From NCBI GenBank assembly GCA_963702475.1, contig CAVPCT010000004.1:128001-192000 (forward strand): a stretch of DNA of 64,000 nt, read 5' to 3'. Below the pieces are notes generated by a model, which was given only the letters and a program-made list of their open reading frames with translations, had not been told where the DNA came from and ran no database searches. Positions 53,433 through 63,699 of the stretch are shown here, one piece after another. This DNA comes from an uncultured Thermoleophilia bacterium (GTDB taxonomy: Bacteria > Actinomycetota > Thermoleophilia > UBA2241). How positions within the stretch are numbered: the first letter of the stretch is position 1; the number at the start of each line of letters is the position of its first letter. Both the position numbers and the translations under genes were made by a program.

Positions 53433-54662
53433 TCAGACGTTCGTCGTCACCTGCTTGTGGATGACTACGTCCCACGCCGCGATCCCACGGAAGAAGGCTC
53501 TCCTCTCTTCCTTGTCGAGGACCTCACAGGGGAAGACGCCGGTGCGCCGAATCTGCCCCCGAAGCAGCATCAGCGACAGAACCGACGCCGGGATGGAGGT
53601 GATCCAGGAGACGTCGTTGGTCCCCGGGATCGTGGCGCACGCCTTCGTGACGTCCGGGCTGTCGGTCCACATCTTGTAGTGCATCATCTGGCCGGCCTTC
53701 GTGCCCTCGACGTCGACGGCCAGCACGGCCTGGCTCTTGATCCTTCCGGCCTCGACGAGCTCCATGCAGCGCCGCGGCGTCAGCGTCTTCGGCAGCTGCC
53801 CGCAGAAGACGTCCTTGACGGTCAGCGCCGGGTCGGTGCCGGCGACGGGCTTCTCGTCCATGAGGCCGAGCCCCTCGATGAGGAACTGCCACATGCTGCT
53901 GCTGGGGTCGCCCATCTTGAAGTCCACGTACCTCACCGGCTTGCCGAGGAACGCGGGGATGGTCACCGGCTCCTCGTGACAGTGGTAGTAGACCGTACCG
54001 GTGACACCGAGCGGCGCCGGAAAGTAGTAGTCCTCCTCGCCGGAGAACGGCGCCGCCCGCTTGTACTCGCCGTCTTCCCAGTAGACGGCCTCGTCGGCGC
54101 AGTCCTCCAGGTACGTCTGGAAGGACCATCCGGCGACCGGCTCGTCGCACTCTGCGACGCCGTAGTCTTTGATGCGGATGCTGTCGACCTCGTCCAGCTC
54201 GTCGGCGGCCTCCCTGGCCATCACGTTGACCAGCCCGGCGTCGCCGCCGGCCAGGATGATGGCCGTGAGGCCCTTGGCCTCGAACTCCCCGGCGTACTCG
54301 AGCTGTTCGACCAGGAACCGCTTGCCGTCACGCTCACCCAGCATCTCGTTCGAGGCCATGTCGATGTAGCTGATCCCGGCCTCCAACGCCGCCTCGATGA
54401 TCTGCCGGTTGAACGTCATCAAGGTGGCATTGACCACCAGGTCGTAGTGCCCGTGCGTGAACAACTCGACCAGCTGGGCCTTGTTCGACGCATCAACTCG
54501 CCCGGCCTCGATCTTCTCCGAGTCGACGAACCGGGCGACCTCCGCGGCCCGTTCGGCGTCCAGGTCGACGAGCAGGATGCGGTCGATCTCCGGCGCTCGT
54601 GCGAGGACGCCGCAGATCACGTTACCCTGGGCTCCGGCTCCGACGATGACGACCTCAGTCAT
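53433..54662 (-). CDS. Saccharopine dehydrogenase family protein (carboxynorspermidine dehydrogenase-like)
   Basis: IVGAGAQG, SYIDMA, GGDAGLVNV, WSFQTYLED, HEEPVTIP, GVFPCE. Confidence 0.82.
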   Translation of the reverse strand: MTEVVIVGAGAQGNVICGVLARAPEIDRILLVDLDAERAAEVARFVDSEKIEAGRVDASNKAQLVELFTHGHYDLVVNATLMTFNRQIIEAALEAGISYIDMASNEMLGERDGKRFLVEQLEYAGEFEAKGLTAIILAGGDAGLVNVMAREAADELDEVDSIRIKDYGVAECDEPVAGWSFQTYLEDCADEAVYWEDGEYKRAAPFSGEEDYYFPAPLGVTGTVYYHCHEEPVTIPAFLGKPVRYVDFKMGDPSSSMWQFLIEGLGLMDEKPVAGTDPALTVKDVFCGQLPKTLTPRRCMELVEAGRIKSQAVLAVDVEGTKAGQMMHYKMWTDSPDVTKACATIPGTNDVSWITSIPASVLSLMLLRGQIRRTGVFPCEVLDKEERRAFFRGIAAWDVVIHKQVTTNV

Positions 54663-54757
54663 GGTGACTTCTCCTTCACGTCACTCTGGCGCCCGTGAGC
54701 GCCCTTCCCACGGCCCGGCCGGTCGCGCCGGCCCGCTCTTGGCGCGAAAGCCCCGCG

Positions 54758-54785
54758 ACCATACGATGGGCGCCATCTTTGTCAA
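54758..54785 (-). promoter_or_regulatory. Sigma70-type promoter with spacer palindrome
   Basis: Minus strand TTGACA-N16-TATGGT; the spacer contains GATGG-CGC-CCATC. Confidence 0.65.
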
Positions 54786-54818
54786 CAGGAGACTCGCCCC
54801 GTCCGGGCAGGAGCCGTC

Positions 54819-55457
54819 ATGCCGGAAGACGCCGCCAGGGACCCGCTAGACGAACTGCACCCCACCGCCAGGGCGATCCTCGTCGCCGCCCGCACCGTGC
54901 TGCGCGAGCGCGGCATGGCCGGACTCACCATCGAAGCGGTCGCCAACGAGGCCAACACCAGCCGCACCCAGATCCCCTATCACTTCGGCAGCCGGGCCGG
55001 CCTCGTCGAGGCGCTCTTCGACTGGCTGTTCCACGAGGTCTGGATGCGCTTCCTGCGTCCCCCGGGGGAAGCCCGGACGATGACGATCCACGAGGCGCTG
55101 GAGTGGAGCCGCCAGGAGATGGCCGACCTGGCCGCCGTGCGCGACGCCTGGGACCTGGTCGTGCACTCGCTGCGCGACGAGATGGCCCGCAGACGTCTGG
55201 TCATGCTCTACGCGCGCGACCGCCGGCTCGAGGTCGAGACGATCGGCCTCGGCCCGGGCGCGCCCTCCGGCGGGCCCGACCCTGAGGCCGAGCGCCGCAG
55301 CGACGCGATCGGCGCCGTGCTGCTGGCGATCGACGAGGGTCTCGGGCTGCAACTCGCCATCGACCCGGACTTCGACCTCGACGCCGCGCTCGGCGCGGCC
55401 GAGGAGATCCTGACGCACGGACTGGCCGAACCGCACGGCGAGAGGGACGCCGGATAG
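54819..55457 (+). CDS. TetR-family regulator
   Basis: ILVAA..LTIEAVANEANTSRTQIPYHFGSR; AGGAG RBS. Confidence 0.88.
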   Translation: MPEDAARDPLDELHPTARAILVAARTVLRERGMAGLTIEAVANEANTSRTQIPYHFGSRAGLVEALFDWLFHEVWMRFLRPPGEARTMTIHEALEWSRQEMADLAAVRDAWDLVVHSLRDEMARRRLVMLYARDRRLEVETIGLGPGAPSGGPDPEAERRSDAIGAVLLAIDEGLGLQLAIDPDFDLDAALGAAEEILTHGLAEPHGERDAG

Positions 55458-55523
55458 CCGCGGCGAGAGAGTCCCTCACCACGCCGCGCTTTCGTCCCGT
55501 GGCCGACGCAGTCGGCCTCAAGG

Positions 55524-57380
55524 CTATTCGACGGCCTCCTCCCGCCTGGAACGTCGATCGATCACCAACCAGATGACAACGCCGGCGATCGCGGCCGCCA
55601 CGCCGATTGCGATGACCGCCGCGATCGAACGGGAATCGCCGCCCCCGTCGCCGGACTCGTCTGTGGGCTTCAGGTTGAGGTAGGTCTCGACGTTCTGGGC
55701 GGTGTAGAAGACCGGCCCCGTGCCGCCTGCCCTGCCGCCGTATCCGAGCGGGGTCCACCCCTCCCAGTCATCGCTGTCGTAGGCTTGCAGGCGGTACGGG
55801 TAGGCGAGCACTGGATAGACGGCCTCTTCGTACATGATCTCCTGCATGCGCTGGATCATCTCGGCGCGCTGCTGAGGGTCCGTGACGGTGGCCTGTACGT
55901 CCGACAGGCGATCGTACTCGGCGTTCGACCAGCAGGGTTCGTTCCAGTTGCCGATCTGCTCAGTCACGAACATCCGCGCCGTCTGAGCGGGGTCAAGATA
56001 GCCCAGAGTGGCGTAGATGAAGGCGTCGAAGTCGGGTACGTAGACGCCGTCCTCGTAGTTCCAGAAACGCTCGTCGATGGCACCGACATCCATCACCGTG
56101 AAGTCCACGTCGACGCCGATGTCCTTCCACCAGCCCGCGATCAGCTTTCCCTCGGACTGGTCCGGCGGGCTGGTGGCGGCAGCCCAGAGTCGCAATGTGA
56201 TCGGCTCGCCGCTCTTGTCCTCGCGCACGCCGTCGCCGTCGGAGTCCTCGTAACCGGCGGCGTCGAGCGTCTGGCGAGCCTTCTCGAGATCGAACGCCAG
56301 CTCCTGCTCGGCCGGCGGCTGCCAATGGAAGTCGGGGTCGGACCAGGTGCCGGGATTGACGATGGTCGTGCCCGGCTCGGCCATCCCGCTCCAGGCGACG
56401 TCGACCAGCGCCCGGCGATCGATTGCCCGACAGAGGGCGCGGCGGAACTCGCGGTCGCGCAGCACCGGGTTCCCCTTCGACGGCCCCTCTTTGCAGTTGA
56501 AGCTCAGGTAGTCGAAGGCGGACACGTTCCACTCAGACGTGCCGAAGGCGCCATCCCCCTTGAGCCCCGCGAACTGCGCCTTGGGGATCCCCTCAGCGCC
56601 GTCGATCGCGCCCAGCTTCAGATCCTGGGTCATCGTGTCGGCGGTGGTGTACGTCTGGAAGACGATCTCGTCGACGGTCGGCTGCTTGCCCCAGTAGTCG
56701 GGGTTGCGCACCATCCGCACGTAGCCGCCCTTCTTGACCTTGACCACTTGATAGGGCCCGCTGCCGACGATCGGCGGCTTGCTGACGTACCAGGACTGCG
56801 CCTCGTCCGGCTTGACCTCCTCCCAGATGTGCCTGGGCAGGATGGGGATGGCGGTGCCGGCGGCCAGCATGTCGGCCTTAGGCTTCGAGCAGACGATCCT
56901 CACCGTCGTGAGGTCGACCGCCTCGACGTGGTCGATGCCGGCCGTGAGCAGGGCGAAGTTCCACAGCTCGCCTCGGACGATGTAGTTGTACGTGAACGCC
57001 ACGTCCTCGGCGGTCAGCGGCTTGCCGTCCTGCCACTTGGCGTCCGGCCTGATGGGCACGGTCCACACCTTGCCGTCGGGTGAGATGCCGCCGTTCTGCA
57101 CGGTCGGCCGTTCGCTCGCCAGTTCGGGCCCCCGAGTACCGTCAGGTCGCTCCGCGAAGAGGTAGTCGTACTGCAGCGACCAGATCTCGTAGGAGGAGTC
57201 CGAGTACCCGAGGAACGGATTGAGGTTGTCGGGATCCTCCAGCCAGCCGATCCTGAGGGTGACCAAGTCCGGCGGGGGCGATTGCGGCTCGTCGTCGGCC
57301 AGCGCGACAGCCAAGCCGGCGCCCTGGCCAAGGGCGAGCGCCGCCACGGTGAACAGGAGGAGACCCAGCGTTGACTTCAC
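55524..57380 (-). CDS. Family-5 ABC substrate-binding protein with C-terminal membrane anchor (orphan)
   Basis: Sec-type signal (ALA), LNPF, KWQDGKPLTAEDVAFT, VGSGPY, C-terminal TM helix followed by RRSRR. Confidence 0.88.
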   Translation of the reverse strand: MKSTLGLLLFTVAALALGQGAGLAVALADDEPQSPPPDLVTLRIGWLEDPDNLNPFLGYSDSSYEIWSLQYDYLFAERPDGTRGPELASERPTVQNGGISPDGKVWTVPIRPDAKWQDGKPLTAEDVAFTYNYIVRGELWNFALLTAGIDHVEAVDLTTVRIVCSKPKADMLAAGTAIPILPRHIWEEVKPDEAQSWYVSKPPIVGSGPYQVVKVKKGGYVRMVRNPDYWGKQPTVDEIVFQTYTTADTMTQDLKLGAIDGAEGIPKAQFAGLKGDGAFGTSEWNVSAFDYLSFNCKEGPSKGNPVLRDREFRRALCRAIDRRALVDVAWSGMAEPGTTIVNPGTWSDPDFHWQPPAEQELAFDLEKARQTLDAAGYEDSDGDGVREDKSGEPITLRLWAAATSPPDQSEGKLIAGWWKDIGVDVDFTVMDVGAIDERFWNYEDGVYVPDFDAFIYATLGYLDPAQTARMFVTEQIGNWNEPCWSNAEYDRLSDVQATVTDPQQRAEMIQRMQEIMYEEAVYPVLAYPYRLQAYDSDDWEGWTPLGYGGRAGGTGPVFYTAQNVETYLNLKPTDESGDGGGDSRSIAAVIAIGVAAAIAGVVIWLVIDRRSRREEAVE

Positions 57381-57528
57381 CTGCGAACCCGTTCGGTCCC
57401 CCCTCCGCTGCTCCGACCGGCGAGATGCCCGGAGGTTTCGGCGCGCCTCGGTCAGCCCTGTGGGCGAGCAGCCCAGACCGTGCACAGTCGGCCGCAGAGC
57501 CAGTATCCGACGACATCGCCTGCGCAGC

Positions 57529-57556
57529 ACTGTACGGCGGGCGCAGGTCCTGTCAA
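57529..57556 (-). promoter_or_regulatory. Sigma70-type promoter for the SBP gene
   Basis: Minus strand TTGACA-N16-TACAGT. Confidence 0.6.
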
Positions 57557-57703
57557 CAGGAAGTCGCGTGATACAGGGGGGGCGCCGCCGACCGGCTCGC
57601 GACCGCCGGACGTGCTCGTCACGTCACCCCCTGCGTCGCCTTCGGGCAGCGGCCACCGCGACGCCGAACGGCGTCCGCACGGCGTCGCAAGGGCCGCTCC
57701 GGA

Positions 57704-58335
57704 TCAGTCCATCTGGTCCCCGCGCCAGACGGTGACACCCTTCGGCGTGGAGATGTTGAGGCAGCGCCGCAGGGCCCGGGACACCGGGTCGGGTGTGCGA
57801 CCTTGGTCCTCCAGCACCTCGCAGCGCTCGATAGCACTGCGAACGGCGCGCGCGCCGGCCGAGCGGATGGGCTCCGGCGGCAGGTAGGTCGGCGGCCTGG
57901 AGACCAGCGGCGACTGCGCGTAGCCGTCGTCGAGTCCCAGGGCAAGCGACGCCAACGTCCGGCCGATCAGGTTGGACGACGAGACGCCGTTGCCGGAGCA
58001 GCCCATGCCGTAGTGGACGTTGCGGTACCTGCCCAGGGAGCCGACCCAGGGGATGCCGTGCTGGGTGCGCTCCATGGGCCCGCCCCACCGCCACTCCACC
58101 GCCAGCGCGCGTCGCCGGCAGCAGGTCGTGCATGTCGGCCACGATCTCGGCGATCTCCCGGGCATCGTGGTAGTGGGCCGGGAGGACGCGGCCGCCGTAC
58201 CCGAGGCGCCCGCCGCCGCGGCCGAACACGACGCGGTCGCCCGCCGTGCGCTGCCCGTAGTGCACCGCGGTGCATCCATCGGCGAAGGGGCGGCCGGTCG
58301 CCCAACCGAGGCGGTCCAGTGCGTCCGCCACCGCC
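57704..58335 (-). pseudogene. C-terminal fragment of an FAD-dependent amine oxidoreductase (PuuB/DAO family)
   Basis: LDRLGW..VHYGQRTAGDRVVFG, WGGPMERT, GCSGNGV, YLPPEPIR. The N-terminal FAD-binding GxGxxG half is absent; frameshift ~58115. Confidence 0.7.
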
Positions 58336-58631
58336 GCCGCCTCCAGGCCACAGACGGCCGCGGCCGCGAGCTCGAGGTGATCGAGTTCGACGCGCGCAGC
58401 CGGCCGGTGCTGATCGGGGACACGCCGATCGTGGAGACGTACATCAACTCGTACTTCGCCAACGGCGCGCCGATCGTGCCCACCGGCGGGACAGGCGCCG
58501 ACGACCTCGCCGCCCTGGACGCCTTGCGAGAGATCGCGCCCGGCCGCGAGGTCGTGGGCGTGCCGTGCCCGGTCATCGGCTACGGCGGCGGCGGTGTCCA
58601 CTGCATCACACAGCAGGTGCCGCGAGTCTAG
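58335..58631 (+). pseudogene. C-terminal fragment of agmatine deiminase
   Basis: ATDGRGRELEVI, TYINSYFANG, GGGGVHCITQQVP (catalytic Cys motif). The N-terminal ~250 aa are absent. Confidence 0.8.
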
Positions 58632-58729
58632 GCGGACCTCGGGACCGGACTCGTCCGCTCAGGGGCCGGCCTGCTCGGCGAGGTCAGAGACGGCGTGAGA
58701 GAGGGTCCGTGAGGGTCCGTGACAGGCAG

Positions 58730-58806
<77 letters not shown>

Positions 58807-58905
58807 GCGACAGAACGCTGGCGGCCAGCGCGAGGGCCGGCCGCGTCCAGCGGAAGCGCAGTCTAGCATACGGCGAACGGTGCGGCAAAACGCGACCCGC
58901 GAGCC

Positions 58906-60156
58906 TCAGCTGCGTCCGGCGCGCCCGTTCGTCGCCAGGTACTCGACCACCGCCTGCCCGAACCACGGCCTGTCGCGCAGGCCGTGAAGACCGGGCCTGT
59001 CCCCCACCTCGAGTGCGTCGTGATAGGCGCGAAGGATCTCGTCGGTCACGCTGGTCCACGAGAGCTTCCCGGCGGCGGCCAGCCCCGCCGACGCCAGGCG
59101 CAGCCGCAGGAGCGGGTCGCCCAACACCTCGTCCAGCGCCTCGGCGAGAAGCCGCGCCCGGTCGGGCGCCACGAGCCGCCCGCAGGCGCCGTCCTGCAGC
59201 ACCGCGCGGTATCCGGGCAGGTCCGAGGCCACCACGGGCACGCCGGCGGCCATGGCCTCCGCCAAGACGATCCCGAAGCTCTCGGCCGTCAGTGACGGTG
59301 CGCAGACGACCTCGGCCTCGCCCAGTTGCCGCACCTTCTCGGCATCGTCCACCCAGCCCAGCGGCTCCACGCCGGTGAGGTCGACGCGGGAGCCGAGGCC
59401 GTTGCGGGCGGTCTGGGCGGAGCGCACGGCGTCGATGACCTGCCGGCGGTTCGCGCCGGCGACGACGAGGGTGGCGTCCGGCCGGCGGCGGCGCAGCCGG
59501 GCGAAGGCCTCGACCAGCACAGCGAGCCCCTTGCGCCGTTCGGCGCGCCCGATGAACAGCACCCGACCCGGGACTTTGGCTGCAGCGACCGCCGGCGCAT
59601 ACTTCTCCACCGCCACGCCGTTGGGGATGATGCGGTACTCGCCGGGGAACATGCGCCCCGGGTACACCTTCGCGGCGGGCGACACGGCGATGCGCACATC
59701 GATGCGCTGCACGAGCCGCCTCACGACGGGCTCCATGCTCGTGTACCCGGGCGAGAAGTCCAGGGCGGCGTGGAACGTGCCGACGACCGGGCACGTGGAG
59801 AGCGCCACGGCGATCGCAGACACGAGCGGCGTGCAGGGTTCGTGCACGTGAAGCACGTCGAACTTCATCTGCCTCACGGCCCGGTCCATGCGGAGGATCG
59901 CGCGCGGGTTGCAGCTGATGTAGGCGCGGGAGCCGTTAGTGGGCACGGGGAGGGCGGTGCCCATGGGGATGAAACGCTCGGCCGCGCGTTGCCGCCGGCT
60001 GTCGACGGCGCGCCGTCGCGGTGTCAGCGCCCCTACGGGGGCGATGATCCAAGGCTCGTTGCCGCGCGCCTCGAGCTCCTCGGCGAGATGCTCGATGTGC
60101 TGGTTGACGCCTCCCGGCACCGTCCAGGAGTACGGCGAGACGAGCCCTATGCGCAC
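58906..60156 (-). CDS. pimA: GT4 glycosyltransferase, PimA-like phosphatidylinositol mannosyltransferase
   Basis: MRIGLVSPYSWTVPGGV, DVLHVHEP, VGTFH, RKGL, ESFGIVLAEAMAAG. Confidence 0.75.
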   Translation of the reverse strand: MRIGLVSPYSWTVPGGVNQHIEHLAEELEARGNEPWIIAPVGALTPRRRAVDSRRQRAAERFIPMGTALPVPTNGSRAYISCNPRAILRMDRAVRQMKFDVLHVHEPCTPLVSAIAVALSTCPVVGTFHAALDFSPGYTSMEPVVRRLVQRIDVRIAVSPAAKVYPGRMFPGEYRIIPNGVAVEKYAPAVAAAKVPGRVLFIGRAERRKGLAVLVEAFARLRRRRPDATLVVAGANRRQVIDAVRSAQTARNGLGSRVDLTGVEPLGWVDDAEKVRQLGEAEVVCAPSLTAESFGIVLAEAMAAGVPVVASDLPGYRAVLQDGACGRLVAPDRARLLAEALDEVLGDPLLRLRLASAGLAAAGKLSWTSVTDEILRAYHDALEVGDRPGLHGLRDRPWFGQAVVEYLATNGRAGRS

Positions 60157-60169
60157 CCGGCCGCCCCCC

Positions 60170-60796
60170 TCACTCGTCGCGGTCGAGCCAGAAACGCTTC
60201 CACCACCCCGTCGCCGACGCAGGGAGCGGAGCGCCGGCCGTGCCCTTGAGACGCGCCGCGAACAGGATGGCTATGAGCGCCAGTGGACCGAGGGCGCGCG
60301 CCGGCCGCCGCGGGTGGAGCGCCAGGCTCGTCAGCGGCAGCGAGAGCGCTGTCACCGAGACGGCTTCGGCGTGGTGGTGCAGCAGGCTACCGCCGACGAG
60401 CGGGATGCAGTCGATGGCCATCATCGGTGCATCCATGGCGAACGCCGCACCGAGGGCACAGGCCGCGCCGCGTCCCTTGACCACGGCGATGTGACCGACC
60501 ATGGCGCTGAGCCCGATGGCGGCCACAGCGCCGTCCCCGGCTCCGGCCAGCTTCGCCGCCTCCGCCGGGGCAAAGGCTTTGACCGCGTCCAGGGCGAGCA
60601 CCGCGGCTCCGGCCTTCACGCCCACGCTCCGCGCGACGTTGGACGAGCCGGGCTTGCCGTCGCCGATGTCGTCCAGCGATTCGCCGGTGAGCGCCCGCGT
60701 GAGCAGGCGGCCCGTCGGGATGCAGCCGGCGGCGAAGCCGGCTCCCATCCAGAGCGCGGTACGGACGACACCCCAGGGTTTGCGGTCACGCGGCAC
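60170..60796 (-). CDS. PlsY-like glycerol-3-phosphate acyltransferase family membrane protein
   Basis: GCIPTG, GDGKPGSSNVAR, LDAVK, VGH..KGRGAA. Confidence 0.7.
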   Translation of the reverse strand: MPRDRKPWGVVRTALWMGAGFAAGCIPTGRLLTRALTGESLDDIGDGKPGSSNVARSVGVKAGAAVLALDAVKAFAPAEAAKLAGAGDGAVAAIGLSAMVGHIAVVKGRGAACALGAAFAMDAPMMAIDCIPLVGGSLLHHHAEAVSVTALSLPLTSLALHPRRPARALGPLALIAILFAARLKGTAGAPLPASATGWWKRFWLDRDE

Positions 60797-60832
60797 GGCG
60801 GGCCCCTTCGCTCAGGACTGCGTGGCTGGCGC

Positions 60833-62002
60833 TCATAGCCCGGCGGCCCGCCTGAGCAGCTCCCTGTAGCGCTCGCCGATCACCGCGGGGGTGTGGCGCG
60901 CGAGCGCCAGCTCACGTCCTCGCGCGCCGATCTCCCGCCGCTGCCCGGGGTGCAGCCGCAGGATGGACGCCAAGGCAGCGGCGACCTGCTCGGCCGAGGT
61001 GCCGTCCACCACGAGGCCGGTCCGGCCCTCAGTCACGGCCTCGGGAGCGCCGCCCGACCGGCCGGCCACGACCGGAAGGCCGGTGAGCGCGGCCTCCGCG
61101 AACACGATGCCGAAGCCCTCCACCTCGAAGCCGCCCCAGCGGGTGCGGCAGGGCGAGGCGAAGAGGTCGGCGGCGCGGAGCCAGTCCTCGACGGCGGCGT
61201 CGACCAGGGCGCCCGTGAGGTGCACCCGGTCGCCCACGCCGCGCCGCTGGGCGTGGTCGTACAGCCGGGTGGCCATACGGCCCTCGCCGATGATCGCGAG
61301 ATGCAGGCGCGGGAACTCCCGGCGCAGCATGGCGAGCGCGTCGATGAGCTTGTCCTGACCCTTGCGCGGGACCAGGCGCCCGAGGCACACGACCAGCTCG
61401 CCGCCGTCGATGCCGAGGCGGCGGCGGATCTCGAGAGCCTGTTCGCCGTCGGCCGCCGGAGTGTACCCGTCCACATTGAGCGGCGGCCGCAACACCTCCG
61501 CCGGCACGCGCCCGCCGACCTGGCCGGAGGCGGCCCTCGCGGTGTACGCACTCACGGTGAGGAGCATGGCGGCGTTGCCCAACACGTGCCGCAGCAGGGT
61601 GTTGACCCCCGGCACCGCGCCCGGCAGCGTGACCTCCGCGCCGCCGAGAAAGACGACGTAGGGCAGGCCGAGCTCCTTCTTGAGCTGCGGCCCGAGCAGC
61701 CCGGCCGGCAGAGGGTGCCCGAGCTGGATGAGCTCGGCGCCCACACTGTTCGCCAGCTCCGCCGTGTGGCGCCGCAACGAAGGCGTCGGCCAGAGCACGC
61801 TCATCGGAGCGCGCACGACCTTGTACTGGTGCGTCGCGTCGAATGCCGCGGCGTCGACGTGCGCCGGAGCGAGGATGGTGACGTCGGCAGGGTCGAGCGT
61901 GCGGATGACGCCCCAGTAATACGACTGGGCGCCACCGATGCGCGGGGGGAAGTCGTTGGTGACGAAGAGCGTGCGTGGTGCCCGCTCGGCTGACGTGCTC
62001 AC
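60833..62002 (-). CDS. GT4 glycosyltransferase, PimB'-like
   Basis: VTNDFPPRIGGAQSY, GRLVPRKGQD, PCRTR..VEGFGIVFAEA, GRSGGAPE. Confidence 0.8.
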   Translation of the reverse strand: MSTSAERAPRTLFVTNDFPPRIGGAQSYYWGVIRTLDPADVTILAPAHVDAAAFDATHQYKVVRAPMSVLWPTPSLRRHTAELANSVGAELIQLGHPLPAGLLGPQLKKELGLPYVVFLGGAEVTLPGAVPGVNTLLRHVLGNAAMLLTVSAYTARAASGQVGGRVPAEVLRPPLNVDGYTPAADGEQALEIRRRLGIDGGELVVCLGRLVPRKGQDKLIDALAMLRREFPRLHLAIIGEGRMATRLYDHAQRRGVGDRVHLTGALVDAAVEDWLRAADLFASPCRTRWGGFEVEGFGIVFAEAALTGLPVVAGRSGGAPEAVTEGRTGLVVDGTSAEQVAAALASILRLHPGQRREIGARGRELALARHTPAVIGERYRELLRRAAGL

Positions 62003-62125
62003 TGTCAGGACGTTTCCTCCCGTCGTCGCCCAGGCACCCCGCCACAGCGAGGCTGCCGACACTCTACCATGCGGCTGCTTCACGAGACGGTACGCGCCGG
62101 CCGAGACCGGCACGCGGCGGCGGGT

Positions 62126-62917
62126 TCAGGCCAGCTCGAGCGCCTCGCGCAGAGCGCGGAGGAGCTCGGCAGGCTGCACCGGTTTGTCCAGGAACCCGGC
62201 GGCGCCGGCGGCCGGTTCGGCCTCGCGCTGCCGGGCGTCCTTGCCGTCGCCGAGCAGCACGATGGGCACGCCGGCGAGCTGCGGCATCGCGCGCATGCGC
62301 TTCATCACGGTCGGGCCGTCGCCGCCGGGCAACGTCATGCCGACCAGGGCGACGTCGGGGCGGGTGCGCACGGCCGCCGACACGGCGGCGATGGCGTCGG
62401 CGGCCGTCGTCACCTCCAGCCCGCGCCGCCGCAGCTCGGCAGCCAACGAGAAGAGCACCTCGCCGTCGTCGTCCACGAGCAGGACGCGGCGGCCGGCAAG
62501 CTCCTCCCAACCCGTCTCGCCACCGCCGTCGGCGGAGGAGACGGCAACGCCGAGCACGGCGTCGAGCGCCGCCAGCAGGTCCTCCGGCGCAGCCGGCTTC
62601 GTCAGGTAGGCGGCGGCGCCGGCGGAAAGCGCCTCGTCCCGGTACCGCTGCGGGTCGCGCCCCGACAGGATCACGATGGGCACACCCGCCAGAGCCGGCA
62701 GCGCGTGGAGCCGCTGCATGACCACAGTGCCGTCACCGCCCGGCAGCCCGATGTCCAGGATCACCGCCTGCGGTCGCTCCTTGACTGCGACGGCCACCGC
62801 GGACACCGCGTCGCCGGCCGCCAGGACCTCGTATCCCGCCCTGCGCAGCACAGCAGACTCGGCGACTATGAGGTCGGCGTCGTCGTCGACGAGCATGATG
62901 CGCGCCTTCGCCGTCAT
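62126..62917 (-). CDS. Response regulator with two receiver domains and no output domain
   Basis: REC1: LVDDD..ILDIGLP..KP. REC2: LVDDD..LVGMTLP..KP. Confidence 0.85.
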   Translation of the reverse strand: MTAKARIMLVDDDADLIVAESAVLRRAGYEVLAAGDAVSAVAVAVKERPQAVILDIGLPGGDGTVVMQRLHALPALAGVPIVILSGRDPQRYRDEALSAGAAAYLTKPAAPEDLLAALDAVLGVAVSSADGGGETGWEELAGRRVLLVDDDGEVLFSLAAELRRRGLEVTTAADAIAAVSAAVRTRPDVALVGMTLPGGDGPTVMKRMRAMPQLAGVPIVLLGDGKDARQREAEPAAGAAGFLDKPVQPAELLRALREALELA

Positions 62918-62930
62918 CGGCCCTGCTCCC

Positions 62931-63665
62931 TCACCCGGGGGCGGCCGGCAGCGACACCGTGACGGTGGTGCCCGCGCCGGGTGCACTGACCAGTTCGACA
63001 CCGGCGCCGTTGACGCCTGCGAGCCTGCGGCAGACCCACAGGCCGATGCCCATCCCCGGCTCCCCAGTCTCCTCGGCGGCGGCCCCGCGGACGCCGAAGT
63101 CGAAGGCGGCCGCGGCGTCGGCTTCGTTCATGCCGCGACCGTGGTCCTGCACGGTGAGCACGACCCGCCCGTCGTCCCCCCGAGCGACGCTCAGCTGCAC
63201 ACCCCCGCCTCCGTACCGCAGGGCGTTGTCGACGAGGTTCCTGACGATGCAACGCACGTGCTCGGGATCGGCCCAGGCGACGGCCGGCTCGCCGTCGCGC
63301 ACGACCCGGACGGCCCTTGGCTCACGGTCCGCGCCGCACAGCCGCGCGACGACGTCCTCGGCCGAGTCGGCCACGCGCACGGCCGAAGGTTCCGGCTCAT
63401 ACCCGGCGCACTCGAGCCAGCCGCTCTCGGCAGCGGACCCGACCAGGGCATTGAGCCGCTTCACGTTGCGCTCGAGCATGACGAGATAGTCGCGCTGCGC
63501 GTCGGTGAGAGGGCCTGCGCCCTCGTCGAGCAGCAGGGACAGCAGCGGGTACATGACGGCGAGCGGAGAGCGCAGCTCGTGCCGCACGAACGACTGGCGT
63601 TCGAGACAGGCGGCGCGGCCCTCGGCGCCGGCCGCGCCCGTCGGGGTTGGGTCCCTCGCGGTCAA
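62931..63665 (-). CDS. Sensor-less histidine kinase (HisKA + HATPase)
   Basis: HELRSPL, NLVDNALRY, DHGRG, GMGIGL, GAGTT. Confidence 0.85.
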   Translation of the reverse strand: MTARDPTPTGAAGAEGRAACLERQSFVRHELRSPLAVMYPLLSLLLDEGAGPLTDAQRDYLVMLERNVKRLNALVGSAAESGWLECAGYEPEPSAVRVADSAEDVVARLCGADREPRAVRVVRDGEPAVAWADPEHVRCIVRNLVDNALRYGGGGVQLSVARGDDGRVVLTVQDHGRGMNEADAAAAFDFGVRGAAAEETGEPGMGIGLWVCRRLAGVNGAGVELVSAPGAGTTVTVSLPAAPG

Positions 63666-63699
63666 GCTCGTCTCGTCGCGGCTCGGGCGCGACCGTCCG

